Below, piece after piece: positions 1-9,914 of a DNA stretch of 52,915 nucleotides. The first letter of the stretch is position 1. Every line of letters begins with the position of its first letter. Made by a program: the position numbers and the translations under genes. The notes beneath the pieces are model-generated. The model was not told the origin of the DNA and did no database searches. It saw nothing but the letters and a program-made list of their open reading frames with translations. Source of the stretch: Flavobacterium sp. (GTDB lineage Bacteria; Bacteroidota; Bacteroidia; Flavobacteriales; Flavobacteriaceae); assembly GCA_044374815.1 (NCBI GenBank), contig JBILNU010000001.1, forward strand, positions 1 to 52,915. The letters are read 5' to 3'.

Positions 1-1083
1 ACTGCCTCTTATATTTCTGATGCAATGCAAGAGTTGGACACTGCTGCAAAAGAAAATGGATTAATTTTCATGAACGAAATTGGCCTTGATCCAGGAATTG
101 ATCATATGAGTGCCATGAAAGTAATTGATGAAATTAGAGATAAGGGCGGTAAAATGATTTTATTTGAATCTTTTTGTGGCGGTCTTGTTGCCCCTGAATG
201 CGATGATAATCTATGGAATTATAAATTTACCTGGGCGCCGAGAAATGTTGTCCTTGCTGGTCAAGGAGGTGCTGCCAAATTCATTCAAGAAGGGAAATAC
301 AAATACATTCCGTACTCGAAGCTATTTAGAAGAACCGAATTTTTAATGGTAGAAGGTTATGGAAAATTTGAAGGTTACGCCAATAGAGATTCTCTTAAAT
401 ACAGAAGCGTGTATGGTTTAGATGATGCCTTAACTTTATACCGAGGAACTATAAGAAGAGTTGGTTTTTCAAAAGCATGGAATATGTTTGTTCAACTAGG
501 AATGACCGATGACAGTTATGTAATGGAAAATTCCGAAGAAATGAGTTTTAGAGATTTTACCAATTCATTTTTGCCTTATCATCCAACCGATTCGGTAGAA
601 ATTAAGACAAGATTAGCTTTAAATATTGAACAAGATGACATCATGTGGGATAAATTATTGGAGCTTGATTTATTTAATGCCAGTAAAAAAGTGGGATTAA
701 AAAATGCTACTCCTGCTCAAATTTTGGAACGCATCCTAAATGAAAGTTGGTCGCTACAACCAAATGACAAAGACATGATCGTGATGTATCATAAATTTGG
801 TTATGAATTAAATGGGAAACAATATCAAATCGACTCTAAAATGGTTTGTATTGGAGATGATCAAACCTATACCGCAATGGCCAAAACGGTAGGCTTACCC
901 GTAGCAATGGCCACACTTCAAATATTAAATGGAAATATAAAAACACCTGGTGTTCAACTTCCAATAAGTAAAGAGGTTTACGAACCAATATTAAGAGAAT
1001 TAGAAGATTTTGGAGTGATTTTCAACGAAACTGCTATGCCCTATATCGGGTATAATCCAGATAAAATAAGTAGTACGAATTAG
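1..1083 (+). CDS. Saccharopine dehydrogenase family protein (5' truncated by window)
   Basis: Frame is open from base 1 (TASYISDAMQ...); motifs EIGLDPGIDHM, SFCGGL, YKFTW, YANRDS, MAKTVGLP. Confidence 0.9.
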   Translation, partial: TASYISDAMQELDTAAKENGLIFMNEIGLDPGIDHMSAMKVIDEIRDKGGKMILFESFCGGLVAPECDDNLWNYKFTWAPRNVVLAGQGGAAKFIQEGKYKYIPYSKLFRRTEFLMVEGYGKFEGYANRDSLKYRSVYGLDDALTLYRGTIRRVGFSKAWNMFVQLGMTDDSYVMENSEEMSFRDFTNSFLPYHPTDSVEIKTRLALNIEQDDIMWDKLLELDLFNASKKVGLKNATPAQILERILNESWSLQPNDKDMIVMYHKFGYELNGKQYQIDSKMVCIGDDQTYTAMAKTVGLPVAMATLQILNGNIKTPGVQLPISKEVYEPILRELEDFGVIFNETAMPYIGYNPDKISSTN

Positions 1084-1147
1084 ATTATAAGTTTGAATTA
1101 AATTTGCATTAGTTAATAATTAAATTCAAAAATTCTACTTTTACCAA

Positions 1148-1768
1148 ATGAATTGGTTTTCAAAATTATTTGATTCAAAAGAAAAAGAAAACTCTGACCC
1201 AATGAAAAAATTTCTAATTGTTGGACTTGGCAATATTGGTGCCGAATATGTAAATACAAGACATAATATTGGATTCAAAATATTGGATTTTTTTGCCCGT
1301 AAAGAAAACTTAACATTTCAATCTGCCAAACTTGGTGATATTACAGAATATAAAATAAAAGGGCGTGCCCTTTTTCTTCTTAAACCTAATACCTATATGA
1401 ACCTTAGCGGTAAAGCGGTGAAATATTGGATGGATAAGGAAAACATTTCAAAAGAAAATGTACTTGTTATTACCGATGATTTAAATCTCTCCTTTGGCTC
1501 AATTAGAATTAAACCAAAAGGAAGTGATGGTGGCCATAACGGACTAAAAAATATTCAATTACTTCTTAATAGTGTTGATTATCCTCGCTATAGATTTGGA
1601 ATTAGTGATGCTTTTAAAAAGGGCAAACAAGTTGATTATGTTCTTGGAGAATGGTCAGATGAAGAAAAAGAAAACCTAATTGAACGACTTGAAATTAGTT
1701 CGCAAATTATTACTTCGTTTGCTCTTGCTGGTCTTAATGAAACTATGAACCAATATAATGGTAAATAA
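1148..1768 (+). CDS. pth: Peptidyl-tRNA hydrolase
   Basis: LIVGLGN..TRHNIGF, KPNTYMNLSG, GGHNGLK, DYVLG; alternative start at MKKFL (1202). Confidence 0.97.
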   Translation: MNWFSKLFDSKEKENSDPMKKFLIVGLGNIGAEYVNTRHNIGFKILDFFARKENLTFQSAKLGDITEYKIKGRALFLLKPNTYMNLSGKAVKYWMDKENISKENVLVITDDLNLSFGSIRIKPKGSDGGHNGLKNIQLLLNSVDYPRYRFGISDAFKKGKQVDYVLGEWSDEEKENLIERLEISSQIITSFALAGLNETMNQYNGK

Positions 1769-1806
1769 AGGTTTTTATAATAATTAAAGCATACAAATCA
1801 TTTAAC

Positions 1807-2331
1807 ATGAAAAAAATATTTCTAATTTCATCAACAATTTTATTTTCATTTTGTGGTACAAAAAAAAATATAATGTCCCAGGAAAAAAATATAGAAATAA
1901 CAACAGAGTCTATTTGCCCTATTGATGGTGCATGTAATACTGAAATATTGAAAAACAAAAGTCTAGTTATAAAAACTGACGAATTTGGATCAATATATAC
2001 AGAAACTATAGATAATGAAACTACTTCTGTTATTATTTATCAATACAATAGAACTATTAATGGAGATTTACAGGATGCGGGATATAGAGAAGAACTAATT
2101 TTTGAAATTAAAAATTACAATACAGAACTAACATTAAGCAATGAAATGCTTCAACAAACTAAAATGCTTTTTGGTAGATTTTGTTACTGTAGAGGACAAA
2201 CAGGTTATTATAAGGTTGAAGAAGGCATTTTAAAACTAAAGAAGTCAAGCGATGATATTACTTTTAATTTAGATTTTACTATAAATAAAGTTCCTCAAAT
2301 AATTAAAAATATAAAATGTTCTATAAAGTAA
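1807..2331 (+). CDS. Hypothetical exported protein, probably a lipoprotein
   Basis: MKK + hydrophobic stretch + Cys (LFSFCG); contains a GRFCYCRG motif; followed by a terminator. Confidence 0.7.
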   Translation: MKKIFLISSTILFSFCGTKKNIMSQEKNIEITTESICPIDGACNTEILKNKSLVIKTDEFGSIYTETIDNETTSVIIYQYNRTINGDLQDAGYREELIFEIKNYNTELTLSNEMLQQTKMLFGRFCYCRGQTGYYKVEEGILKLKKSSDDITFNLDFTINKVPQIIKNIKCSIK

Positions 2332-2358
2332 AAAAGTCCCGATAATTCGGGACTTTTT
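2331..2358. terminator. Bidirectional intrinsic terminator
   Basis: AAAAAGTCCCGA-taat-TCGGGACTTTTT between convergent genes. Confidence 0.9.
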
Positions 2359-2374
2359 AATTTGATTATAATAT

Positions 2375-5026
2375 TTACTCTATAACAATTTTTTTAGTAA
2401 TCTTTTTATCCCCATCTTGTATGTTAACAAGATAAATTCCAGATTGAACTTTGTCTAGTTGAAGTGTTTGTTCGAACAAACCATTGTTTTGGTATGAATT
2501 ATCAAAAATAGATCTACCTCTAATATCGTAAACTGCAATATTTATGTCATTTCCTGAATTTGAGTTGAACTTAACTGTAAAGTTACCATCATTTGGGTTC
2601 GGAAATAATGAGAAATTATCAAAATAGTTGCTTTGAGTCCCTAATAAAGTAATCGTTTGTGTACAAACTTCAATAGAAAATGAGTTAATTGTACCCGTTG
2701 TACCAGCAACTAAATCTCTGAATCCCATTTGCCAAGTTCCAGATGGATTAGCACCAATCATAGAATCTAAACTTCCTACAGGGACATAAGTTCCTTGAGT
2801 TGGACTTGCACAGGTTAATGCAGATCCTTGAGCGTCCCAAGTCACATTCATATTTACTCCATTTGAACATCCTTGGTTGTATAAAGTAAGTAATGAACCT
2901 GTTGGTCTTACAACTGCAATATTAAGGTGTTGAATATTTGGATGAGTGGCATTAACATTAATATTAACATCAGAAATTGTACCTGTTGTCGCAGGAACAG
3001 TTATTGTTTTTATTGTATAGCTTGAAGATCCATCTGTTGGAGAAAATGGTGTATTGAATGGATAAGTAGTACAATTATTTGTAATTAAATACCCAATCAA
3101 AATATTTTTACTGTTAACAGCATAATAAATATTTTCTTTAGCTCGAACCATAATTCTAGCCGTTTGTGTAACCACATCAGGAACTGTTATTGTTGCGCTT
3201 CCAGAATTAGGAACTCCAGATGGAGTTAACAATGTTGGGAAAGTTACTCCTCCGTCTGTAGATAAATAAATATCAACATTAGCTGAAAGAGTTTCTGCTC
3301 CATTTCTAATCCACGTAATTGTTTGTGTACTACCTTGAGCCCAGGCCTCGGTAGTGTTTTGTGAACTTACTGTAAAAGGACCAATAGTATTACTAGCAGT
3401 AACCAAAACATTATCTCTTGTTGTTTGACCTCCATTAGGTATTCTATTATCTCTAACTGTTAAAGCAAAATTATAATTTCTTCCTGCAGTAGAAACAACC
3501 TCCCATGTTGAAGATAAATTACCCGCTACAACCGTTGCCAGTGCAGGCATGTATCTATTAGGAGAGGTTACAGGAGGATTAGATCTAAAGCTTGGCCCAG
3601 CTGTATTGCTTGCAGTTGGAGGTTGTGTTGCTATTGTTGTATCTGTTTGTTCCCAACAATAAGTTAAAGAATCGCCATTTGCATCAGTTACAGATTGAGG
3701 AAATAGAATAAATGGTGTTCCTTTTGGGATTGTTCTATCAACACCTGCATTAACAGCTGGTGGTGTATTTCCATTCAAAGCATTAGGCGCACAATTTCCA
3801 GTTCCAATAGTGAATGCCATCATTTGATTTAAACTTACTGTATGAAAATGTGCATCTGAATTATTTTGTACATCTGGAGCACAGATACCTGCATACCCCA
3901 TAATTGTATTCCCAGAACCCGGTTCTACAGCAGTACCAGCAGATCTATTCCCACCACATGAATTATTGAAAGTATGTGTTGCACCAAACTGATGTCCTAT
4001 CTCGTGGGCTACATAATCAATGTCAAATGGGTCTCCAACTGGAGATGGAGAACCTGTAATTCCTCTTGCTTTATTTCCTGTGCATGGTGAATTTAATTGT
4101 GCTAAACCACCGCCACCAGTACTTACAGTATGTCCAATATCATAATTTGACAAACCAATTGCCGCATCAATTTCAGCTTGACTTTCATTAATTAAACTAC
4201 CCGCAGTATCATTTGAAAAGTTATCAGAATCAACAAAAATTACTAAATCATTATTAGCAACTAAATTCATGCGTAAAGACATATCTCTTTCATATAAGCC
4301 ATTTACACGAGTCATTGTAACATTCATTGCTGCTAAAACAGCAGCTTTTTTTTGGGCTAAAGTCCCTGCTCCCAACCCTGCAGCATTAATATGAAAAGAG
4401 GCGTATTCTATTGTGCACGCCATTGCTAGTCTATATTGTCTAAATTTTCCGTCATTTGCAAAAACAGCCGTTGTTTCCAATAATCTTGGAGCTAACTCAT
4501 CGTCTTTAACAAGACAAGAAAATGCATTATTACTAGAAATATTATTTCTTCCGTAAACAATATAATTTTCAAGATTTTTTGTATAAGTATCTATGTAATA
4601 AGTCCCACTTTTACCTGTAAGAGAAATTACATGTAAACCAAAAATTGTAGTGCTAAAACGAATTGAAGAAGTTCCATCAACACTAATTCCTATATATGAT
4701 TTAATATCAGGATATCTATTTGCTAAGCTAACTTCCATTATTGGAGCATAAAAAATTCTATAACTAGTATATTCTCCATTTTGATTTGGAAACTCAATAA
4801 TTACATTGGAACTTCCAGAATTTTCAGAAGGAGCTTCTTGAAGTCGTTCTTTTAAATTGTTAAAATTAAGAGAAAATAATTGATATTCTTTTGGCATTGA
4901 AGCACGTTCCATCTTGCTTAAATTTCTTACTCTATTTTCTGAAGTTTTATTCCATAAAGAACCTTGTCCAAAACTTGATGCAAAAATTAAAATCGCACTA
5001 ATGGTAAATTGTATTTGTTTTTTCAT
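2375..5026 (-). CDS. Reprolysin-like (M12B-type) zinc metalloprotease with P-proprotein-convertase-like domain and T9SS type A CTD
   Basis: Signal peptide; HEIGHQFGATH; EPGSGNTIMGY Met-turn; ISDVNINVNATHP..GTWQ P-domain; FPNP...YDIRGR...GIYLV...KKIVIE CTD. Confidence 0.9.
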   Translation of the reverse strand: MKKQIQFTISAILIFASSFGQGSLWNKTSENRVRNLSKMERASMPKEYQLFSLNFNNLKERLQEAPSENSGSSNVIIEFPNQNGEYTSYRIFYAPIMEVSLANRYPDIKSYIGISVDGTSSIRFSTTIFGLHVISLTGKSGTYYIDTYTKNLENYIVYGRNNISSNNAFSCLVKDDELAPRLLETTAVFANDGKFRQYRLAMACTIEYASFHINAAGLGAGTLAQKKAAVLAAMNVTMTRVNGLYERDMSLRMNLVANNDLVIFVDSDNFSNDTAGSLINESQAEIDAAIGLSNYDIGHTVSTGGGGLAQLNSPCTGNKARGITGSPSPVGDPFDIDYVAHEIGHQFGATHTFNNSCGGNRSAGTAVEPGSGNTIMGYAGICAPDVQNNSDAHFHTVSLNQMMAFTIGTGNCAPNALNGNTPPAVNAGVDRTIPKGTPFILFPQSVTDANGDSLTYCWEQTDTTIATQPPTASNTAGPSFRSNPPVTSPNRYMPALATVVAGNLSSTWEVVSTAGRNYNFALTVRDNRIPNGGQTTRDNVLVTASNTIGPFTVSSQNTTEAWAQGSTQTITWIRNGAETLSANVDIYLSTDGGVTFPTLLTPSGVPNSGSATITVPDVVTQTARIMVRAKENIYYAVNSKNILIGYLITNNCTTYPFNTPFSPTDGSSSYTIKTITVPATTGTISDVNINVNATHPNIQHLNIAVVRPTGSLLTLYNQGCSNGVNMNVTWDAQGSALTCASPTQGTYVPVGSLDSMIGANPSGTWQMGFRDLVAGTTGTINSFSIEVCTQTITLLGTQSNYFDNFSLFPNPNDGNFTVKFNSNSGNDINIAVYDIRGRSIFDNSYQNNGLFEQTLQLDKVQSGIYLVNIQDGDKKITKKIVIE

Positions 5027-5051
5027 TTTACTTGTAATTAATTTATGACTT

Positions 5052-5059
5052 CAAATATA
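5052..5059 (-). promoter_or_regulatory. Bacteroidetes -7 promoter element (TATATTTG) for protease 1
   Basis: TAnnTTTG about 25 nt upstream of the ATG. Confidence 0.65.
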
Positions 5060-5312
5060 ATAATATAAATTAATTGATAAAAAAAATCCATTGTATTTTT
5101 AAAATACAAACAAATAATTATCCTTTAATCTTTCATACTTTATTGAATTGATTTAAGCAAATTGTCGTATTGCATAAATACCTATATAAAATTAGTAGTA
5201 TTTATTTGTATTCTTAAATTAAAATGAAGTTGCTTATATAGTAAAATGAATGGTAGTAGGAAAATCTTCATTCAATATTAAAAAAATTAAAAGGGAATGA
5301 TCTAAGTTAAAA

Positions 5313-5345
5313 TACAAAAGGGAAGTAAAATACTCCCCTTTTGTA
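5313..5345 (-). terminator. Intrinsic terminator after protease 2
   Basis: TACAAAAGGGaAGTA-aaa-TACTcCCCTTTTGTA hairpin. Confidence 0.7.
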
Positions 5346-5363
5346 AATAATTTTTTCATTAAT

Positions 5364-7658
5364 TTAATCAACGACGATTTTTTTTACGATTTTTTTGGTG
5401 CCATCTTTTACAGTTACCAAATACACCCCAAATTCTATATTGCTTAATTGAATATTCTGATCAAATAATCCTAAATTTGAATATTGTTTTTCAAAAATAT
5501 TTCTTCCTCTAATATCGGTCACAACAATACTAATTTCGTTGTTAGAAGTAGAATCGAATTTCACATTAAAGCTTCCTTTATTAGGGTTTGGATATATACT
5601 AAAATTAGAAAATTCAAATTCATTTGTAGTTAAAGAGGGAGTTATTGTAAAGTTGTTAGAATTCACTGCTAGGAAAACATTACCAACGGCTTTTACCATA
5701 AATCTACATGCCGTTTTAGTGGATGTTACATTTGGTAATGTAACCGTATAAGAACCATTGTTTGGGACTCCTGCTGCTATTGTTGTCCAAGTTGTAGGAT
5801 TTGGAGAAGTAGGATTAGTTTCATTATAAGTTTCTAAAGATGTGGAAGCATTAGTTGTTAATAAAATATCTACTGTTGGAGAATTAAAAGGTGCTACATC
5901 TGTACTCCCTTTTATCCATGTAACTGTTTGTTGTGATAATCCAGTATAGGAAATTCCATTAGTGTTTTGGGATGAAACAGAAAAAGCTCCTCCAGTAGCA
6001 TTTACTGAAATTAAAGTTTCATCTGTAGCGGTTTGCCCCATTCCTGCATAATTATCTCTAGCTGTAAATGTAAAATTTAAAGGTCTAGCTACAGAAGATA
6101 CAGTCTCCCAATTAGTAATGCCTGCAGTAGTAACTGCAATAGTTCCTGATATAATTTTACCCATTTCAGGAAAATATCTAAATTTATTTGTACTTGGTTT
6201 AAATGTTCTCCAGTTTGGTCCTGCAGTTTTGGTTTTTAATACTCTACTGCTATTTCCCGATGCAGTTCCTACATTATTTTGTTCCCATAAATAAGTCAAT
6301 ACATCCCCTGTATCTGCATCTGTAGCAGATCCTGTTAACATGAATGCCGTTCCTACAGGAATAGTATAATCTGCTCCTGCATTAACTGTAGGAGTAGCAT
6401 TAATTCCAGCTAATGAAGTAGAAACAGGACAAGTTTTAGTATTTAAATTAGTTTGAATTTGGAGAATTCCTTTATAAGAAAAAATTGGATCTGAGTGCGC
6501 TTGTACATCATAATTTGTAATACCAGCATATCCCATAATGGTAGATCCACTTCCTGGCTCTGTTTGAGCAATTGTTCCTTCATTACTAAAAGTGAACGAG
6601 TGATTACCTCCCAATTGATGGCCAAGCTCGTGAGCAACGTAATCAATATCAAAACTATCCCCTTGAGGCAATCCAGATCCAGGAGAAGTTATTCCACTTC
6701 CTTTTTGACCGTTTACACAAACACAACCGATACAACCTGCATTTCCACCACCTCCAGTTGCACCAAATAAATGTCCAATATCATAATTAGCATTTGTAAT
6801 AACAGTATTCAATGTATTTTGTAATTCACCATTCCAGCTACTCATACCTGTAGCATCAGAATAAGGGTCGGTCGCAGGATCATAAAAAATAATATTAGAA
6901 TTATTAATCATGTTAAGGTGTAAGGCTAAATCTTTCTCAAAAACTCCATTTACTCGAGTCATTGTTGCATTCATTGCGGCAATAACAAGTGATTCATTTC
7001 CGTTGTTAAATGCATTAAATGTATTTGAATATTCAGCCGTACAAGACAATGCTAATCTCATAGTTTTGTAGCTTCCTGCACTAGATTTTGCAACCAGAGA
7101 GGGGTTGTTTAACAATTCAAATTCCAATTGTTCATTAGGAGTAGTACAATTAAATGGTTTTTTTGTTCTATTTTTTGAATCATAAACAACATACAATGTT
7201 GCTGCTTTATCAAATGCTTCAATAAATTCTGTTTCACCATCAGGTCTAAACATAATTGTTTGAATACCTTGTGGAGCTACACTAAAATTAATTGTCGCAC
7301 CAGGAGTTGTGATTCCTTTTCCTACATAAGCTCTAATTTCAGGAAATAAAGCTTGGAAATCTGGAGTCATGTTTGAATTTTCCCAAACATGGAATTTCTC
7401 AACTTCTCCATTTACATTTGGAAATTCTACAATTACCCCAGGAAGAGTAGTTAATTTTTTGTTAGTACTTACTAAAAGCTGCTTAAAAGCTGAAAAATCT
7501 AAAGAAAAGTAATTTTCACCCTCCGTTATTTCATTTTGCTGAATTCTGGCAATTTTTGACGTTACAGTAGCCGACTTTTTGTGCCAAACAGAATTTTTTT
7601 GTGCAATTATTTGACAAAATGACAATAAAACTACAAAAAATAGTACTTGTTTTTTCAT
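5364..7658 (-). CDS. Reprolysin-like (M12B-type) zinc metalloprotease with T9SS type A CTD; paralog of the neighbouring protease
   Basis: Signal peptide; HELGHQLGGNH; EPGSGSTIMGY; IYPNP...KKIVVD CTD. Confidence 0.9.
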   Translation of the reverse strand: MKKQVLFFVVLLSFCQIIAQKNSVWHKKSATVTSKIARIQQNEITEGENYFSLDFSAFKQLLVSTNKKLTTLPGVIVEFPNVNGEVEKFHVWENSNMTPDFQALFPEIRAYVGKGITTPGATINFSVAPQGIQTIMFRPDGETEFIEAFDKAATLYVVYDSKNRTKKPFNCTTPNEQLEFELLNNPSLVAKSSAGSYKTMRLALSCTAEYSNTFNAFNNGNESLVIAAMNATMTRVNGVFEKDLALHLNMINNSNIIFYDPATDPYSDATGMSSWNGELQNTLNTVITNANYDIGHLFGATGGGGNAGCIGCVCVNGQKGSGITSPGSGLPQGDSFDIDYVAHELGHQLGGNHSFTFSNEGTIAQTEPGSGSTIMGYAGITNYDVQAHSDPIFSYKGILQIQTNLNTKTCPVSTSLAGINATPTVNAGADYTIPVGTAFMLTGSATDADTGDVLTYLWEQNNVGTASGNSSRVLKTKTAGPNWRTFKPSTNKFRYFPEMGKIISGTIAVTTAGITNWETVSSVARPLNFTFTARDNYAGMGQTATDETLISVNATGGAFSVSSQNTNGISYTGLSQQTVTWIKGSTDVAPFNSPTVDILLTTNASTSLETYNETNPTSPNPTTWTTIAAGVPNNGSYTVTLPNVTSTKTACRFMVKAVGNVFLAVNSNNFTITPSLTTNEFEFSNFSIYPNPNKGSFNVKFDSTSNNEISIVVTDIRGRNIFEKQYSNLGLFDQNIQLSNIEFGVYLVTVKDGTKKIVKKIVVD

Positions 7659-7681
7659 TATGTTTAATTTTTTAAAGGCCT

Positions 7682-7689
7682 CAAATGTA
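7682..7689 (-). promoter_or_regulatory. -7 promoter element (TACATTTG) for protease 2
   Basis: TAnnTTTG about 23 nt upstream of the ATG. Confidence 0.65.
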
Positions 7690-7821
7690 ATAATATAAAT
7701 TTATTGTTAAAAAATTTTAACTAAATAATTAAATTAAAATTCACCATTCGGTTGGTATAGTTTACAGCTACAAGATAATTTAAGGTAGCAGAATCGGATT
7801 TTATTCTAAATTTGCACAAAT

Positions 7822-8775
7822 TTGAATGTTTTGAACAACTACAATTCCATTTTTGAATTTCCAAATAAAAAAACGATTGCCACCATTGGCACATTTGACG
7901 GAGTGCATCTTGGTCATAAAAGAATTTTGGAGAAAATTATTTCTAATGCAAAAAAAGCAAACTGCGAAAGCGTGGTAGTAACTTTCTATCCGCATCCCCG
8001 AATGGTATTGCAAAATGGCAATCCATTTAAATTACTTAACACCATTGAAGAAAAAAAAGTTTTGCTTGAAAAAATTGGAATTGATAATTTAATTATTCAT
8101 CCATTCAATAAAGAATTCTCTCAGTTATCTGCAGAAGATTTTGTAAAAAAAATCTTAGTAAATCAACTTCAAATTCAGAAAATTATTATTGGTTACGACC
8201 ACCGATTTGGCGTAAATAGATCTGCAGACATAAATGATTTAATTAGTTTTGGAAAAAAATATGGTTTTGAAGTTGAACAAATCGATGCGCAAGAAATTGA
8301 TGAAATTGCAGTTAGCTCAACAAAAATAAGATCCTCGCTAGAAAGTGGCGCTATTGCCCTGGCAAATAACTATTTAGGGTATAATTATTTTTTTAGTGGC
8401 ACTGTTGTAAAAGGTAATCAGCTAGGCAGAACGATTGCCTTTCCAACGGCAAATATTCGAATAGATGAAGAACATAAATTAATTCCGAAAAATGGTGTTT
8501 ATTTTGTGAAAAGTAAAATCAACAATAAACCAGTTTTTGGAATGATGAATATTGGAACAAGACCAACTATTGAGGGAGAAAATCAAACCATTGAAGTGCA
8601 TTTTTTTGATTTTGACCAGGATCTTTATGATAAGAAAATTACAATTGAAATGATTGATTTTATTCGAGAGGAACAAAAATTTGAATCATTTGAAGCCTTA
8701 AAAAATCAATTGCATACAGACAAAAATATTTGCAAGAACTACATTAACAATAGTAAGTTTAACATTGTAGAATAA
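7822..8775 (+). CDS. ribF: Bifunctional riboflavin kinase / FAD synthetase
   Basis: IGTFDGVHLGH, GYDHRFG, VSSTKIR, GRTIAFPTAN, NIGTRPT, EVH; TTG start; TAAATTTG at 7807-7814. Confidence 0.96.
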   Translation: MNVLNNYNSIFEFPNKKTIATIGTFDGVHLGHKRILEKIISNAKKANCESVVVTFYPHPRMVLQNGNPFKLLNTIEEKKVLLEKIGIDNLIIHPFNKEFSQLSAEDFVKKILVNQLQIQKIIIGYDHRFGVNRSADINDLISFGKKYGFEVEQIDAQEIDEIAVSSTKIRSSLESGAIALANNYLGYNYFFSGTVVKGNQLGRTIAFPTANIRIDEEHKLIPKNGVYFVKSKINNKPVFGMMNIGTRPTIEGENQTIEVHFFDFDQDLYDKKITIEMIDFIREEQKFESFEALKNQLHTDKNICKNYINNSKFNIVE

Positions 8776-8816
8776 AAAGTAATTAACTACTTTTGAAACA
8801 TTAAAATTAGTATAAA

Positions 8817-9902
8817 ATGGGCATTACCAAACACAACTGGACCAAAGAAGAAATTATTGCAATTTACAACAAGCCACTTATGGATTTGATGTATGAAGCA
8901 GCAACTATACACAGAGAACAACATGATCCTAATGTAGTTCAAGTATCTACTTTGTTGTCTATAAAAACTGGTGGTTGTCCAGAAGATTGTGGCTATTGCC
9001 CGCAAGCTGCTCGTTATCATACCGATATTGAAGGAAACGATTTAATGAGTGTAAGTCAAGTAAAAGCGCAAGCATTACGAGCAAAATCGAGTGGATCCTC
9101 TCGTGTTTGCATGGGTGCAGCATGGAGAAATGTCAAAGACGGACCAGAATTTGATCAAGTACTAGAAATGGTTCGTACCATTAATAAATTAGACATGGAA
9201 GTATGTTGTACCTTAGGCATGCTTACCGAAAACCAAGCACAGCGTCTAGCAGAAGCAGGTTTATATGCCTACAATCATAATTTAGATACTTCAGAAGATT
9301 ATTACAAAGAAGTAATTTCCACTCGTGGTTTTGAAGACCGTTTACAAACTATTGACAATGTTCGAAAAACCAATGTAACCGTATGTAGTGGTGGAATTAT
9401 TGGAATGGGGGAAAGTATTGAAGATCGTGCCGGAATGCTTGTGGCGCTCTCAACTTTAAATCCACAACCCGAATCGGTGCCAATTAATGCTTTGGTTGCC
9501 GTAGAAGGAACTCCAATGGAAAATGAAAAGCCAGTAGAAATTTGGGAAATGATTCGAATGGTTGCAACCACTAGAATTGTCATGCCCGAAACTCAAGTTC
9601 GTTTATCGGCAGGTAGAACCGAGATGAGCCGTGAAGGTCAAGCCATGTGTTTCTTTGCAGGTGCCAACTCTATTTTTGCAGGCGATAAACTACTTACTAC
9701 TCCAAATCCGGATGTAAACGAAGACATGAAAATGTTTGAAACTTTAGGGTTAATGCCTCAAAAACCATTCATAAAAGTAATGCAACCAAAAACGGTGGAA
9801 GCTGAAGATTCTCAATTTCAATCGTTGGGTGAAAAACCAAAATGGTCAAGACCTGATCATAAAATTGAAAGAAATTTAGAGGCTTCCATAAAAGGAAAAT
9901 AA
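8817..9902 (+). CDS. bioB: Biotin synthase (radical SAM)
   Basis: KTGGCPEDCGYCPQ (CxxxCxxC), YNHNLDT, CSGGIIGMGE, GANSIF. Confidence 0.98.
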   Translation: MGITKHNWTKEEIIAIYNKPLMDLMYEAATIHREQHDPNVVQVSTLLSIKTGGCPEDCGYCPQAARYHTDIEGNDLMSVSQVKAQALRAKSSGSSRVCMGAAWRNVKDGPEFDQVLEMVRTINKLDMEVCCTLGMLTENQAQRLAEAGLYAYNHNLDTSEDYYKEVISTRGFEDRLQTIDNVRKTNVTVCSGGIIGMGESIEDRAGMLVALSTLNPQPESVPINALVAVEGTPMENEKPVEIWEMIRMVATTRIVMPETQVRLSAGRTEMSREGQAMCFFAGANSIFAGDKLLTTPNPDVNEDMKMFETLGLMPQKPFIKVMQPKTVEAEDSQFQSLGEKPKWSRPDHKIERNLEASIKGK

Positions 9903-9914
9903 ACTTCATAAAAC

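Noticed and set aside
5085-5312. Small RNA or ORF in the AT-rich gap between the proteases
   Set aside because: No stable structure or credible ORF beyond the terminator and promoter
8776-8816. BirA-type biotin operator upstream of bioB (and of bioF)
   Set aside because: No convincing palindrome was seen in either short upstream region
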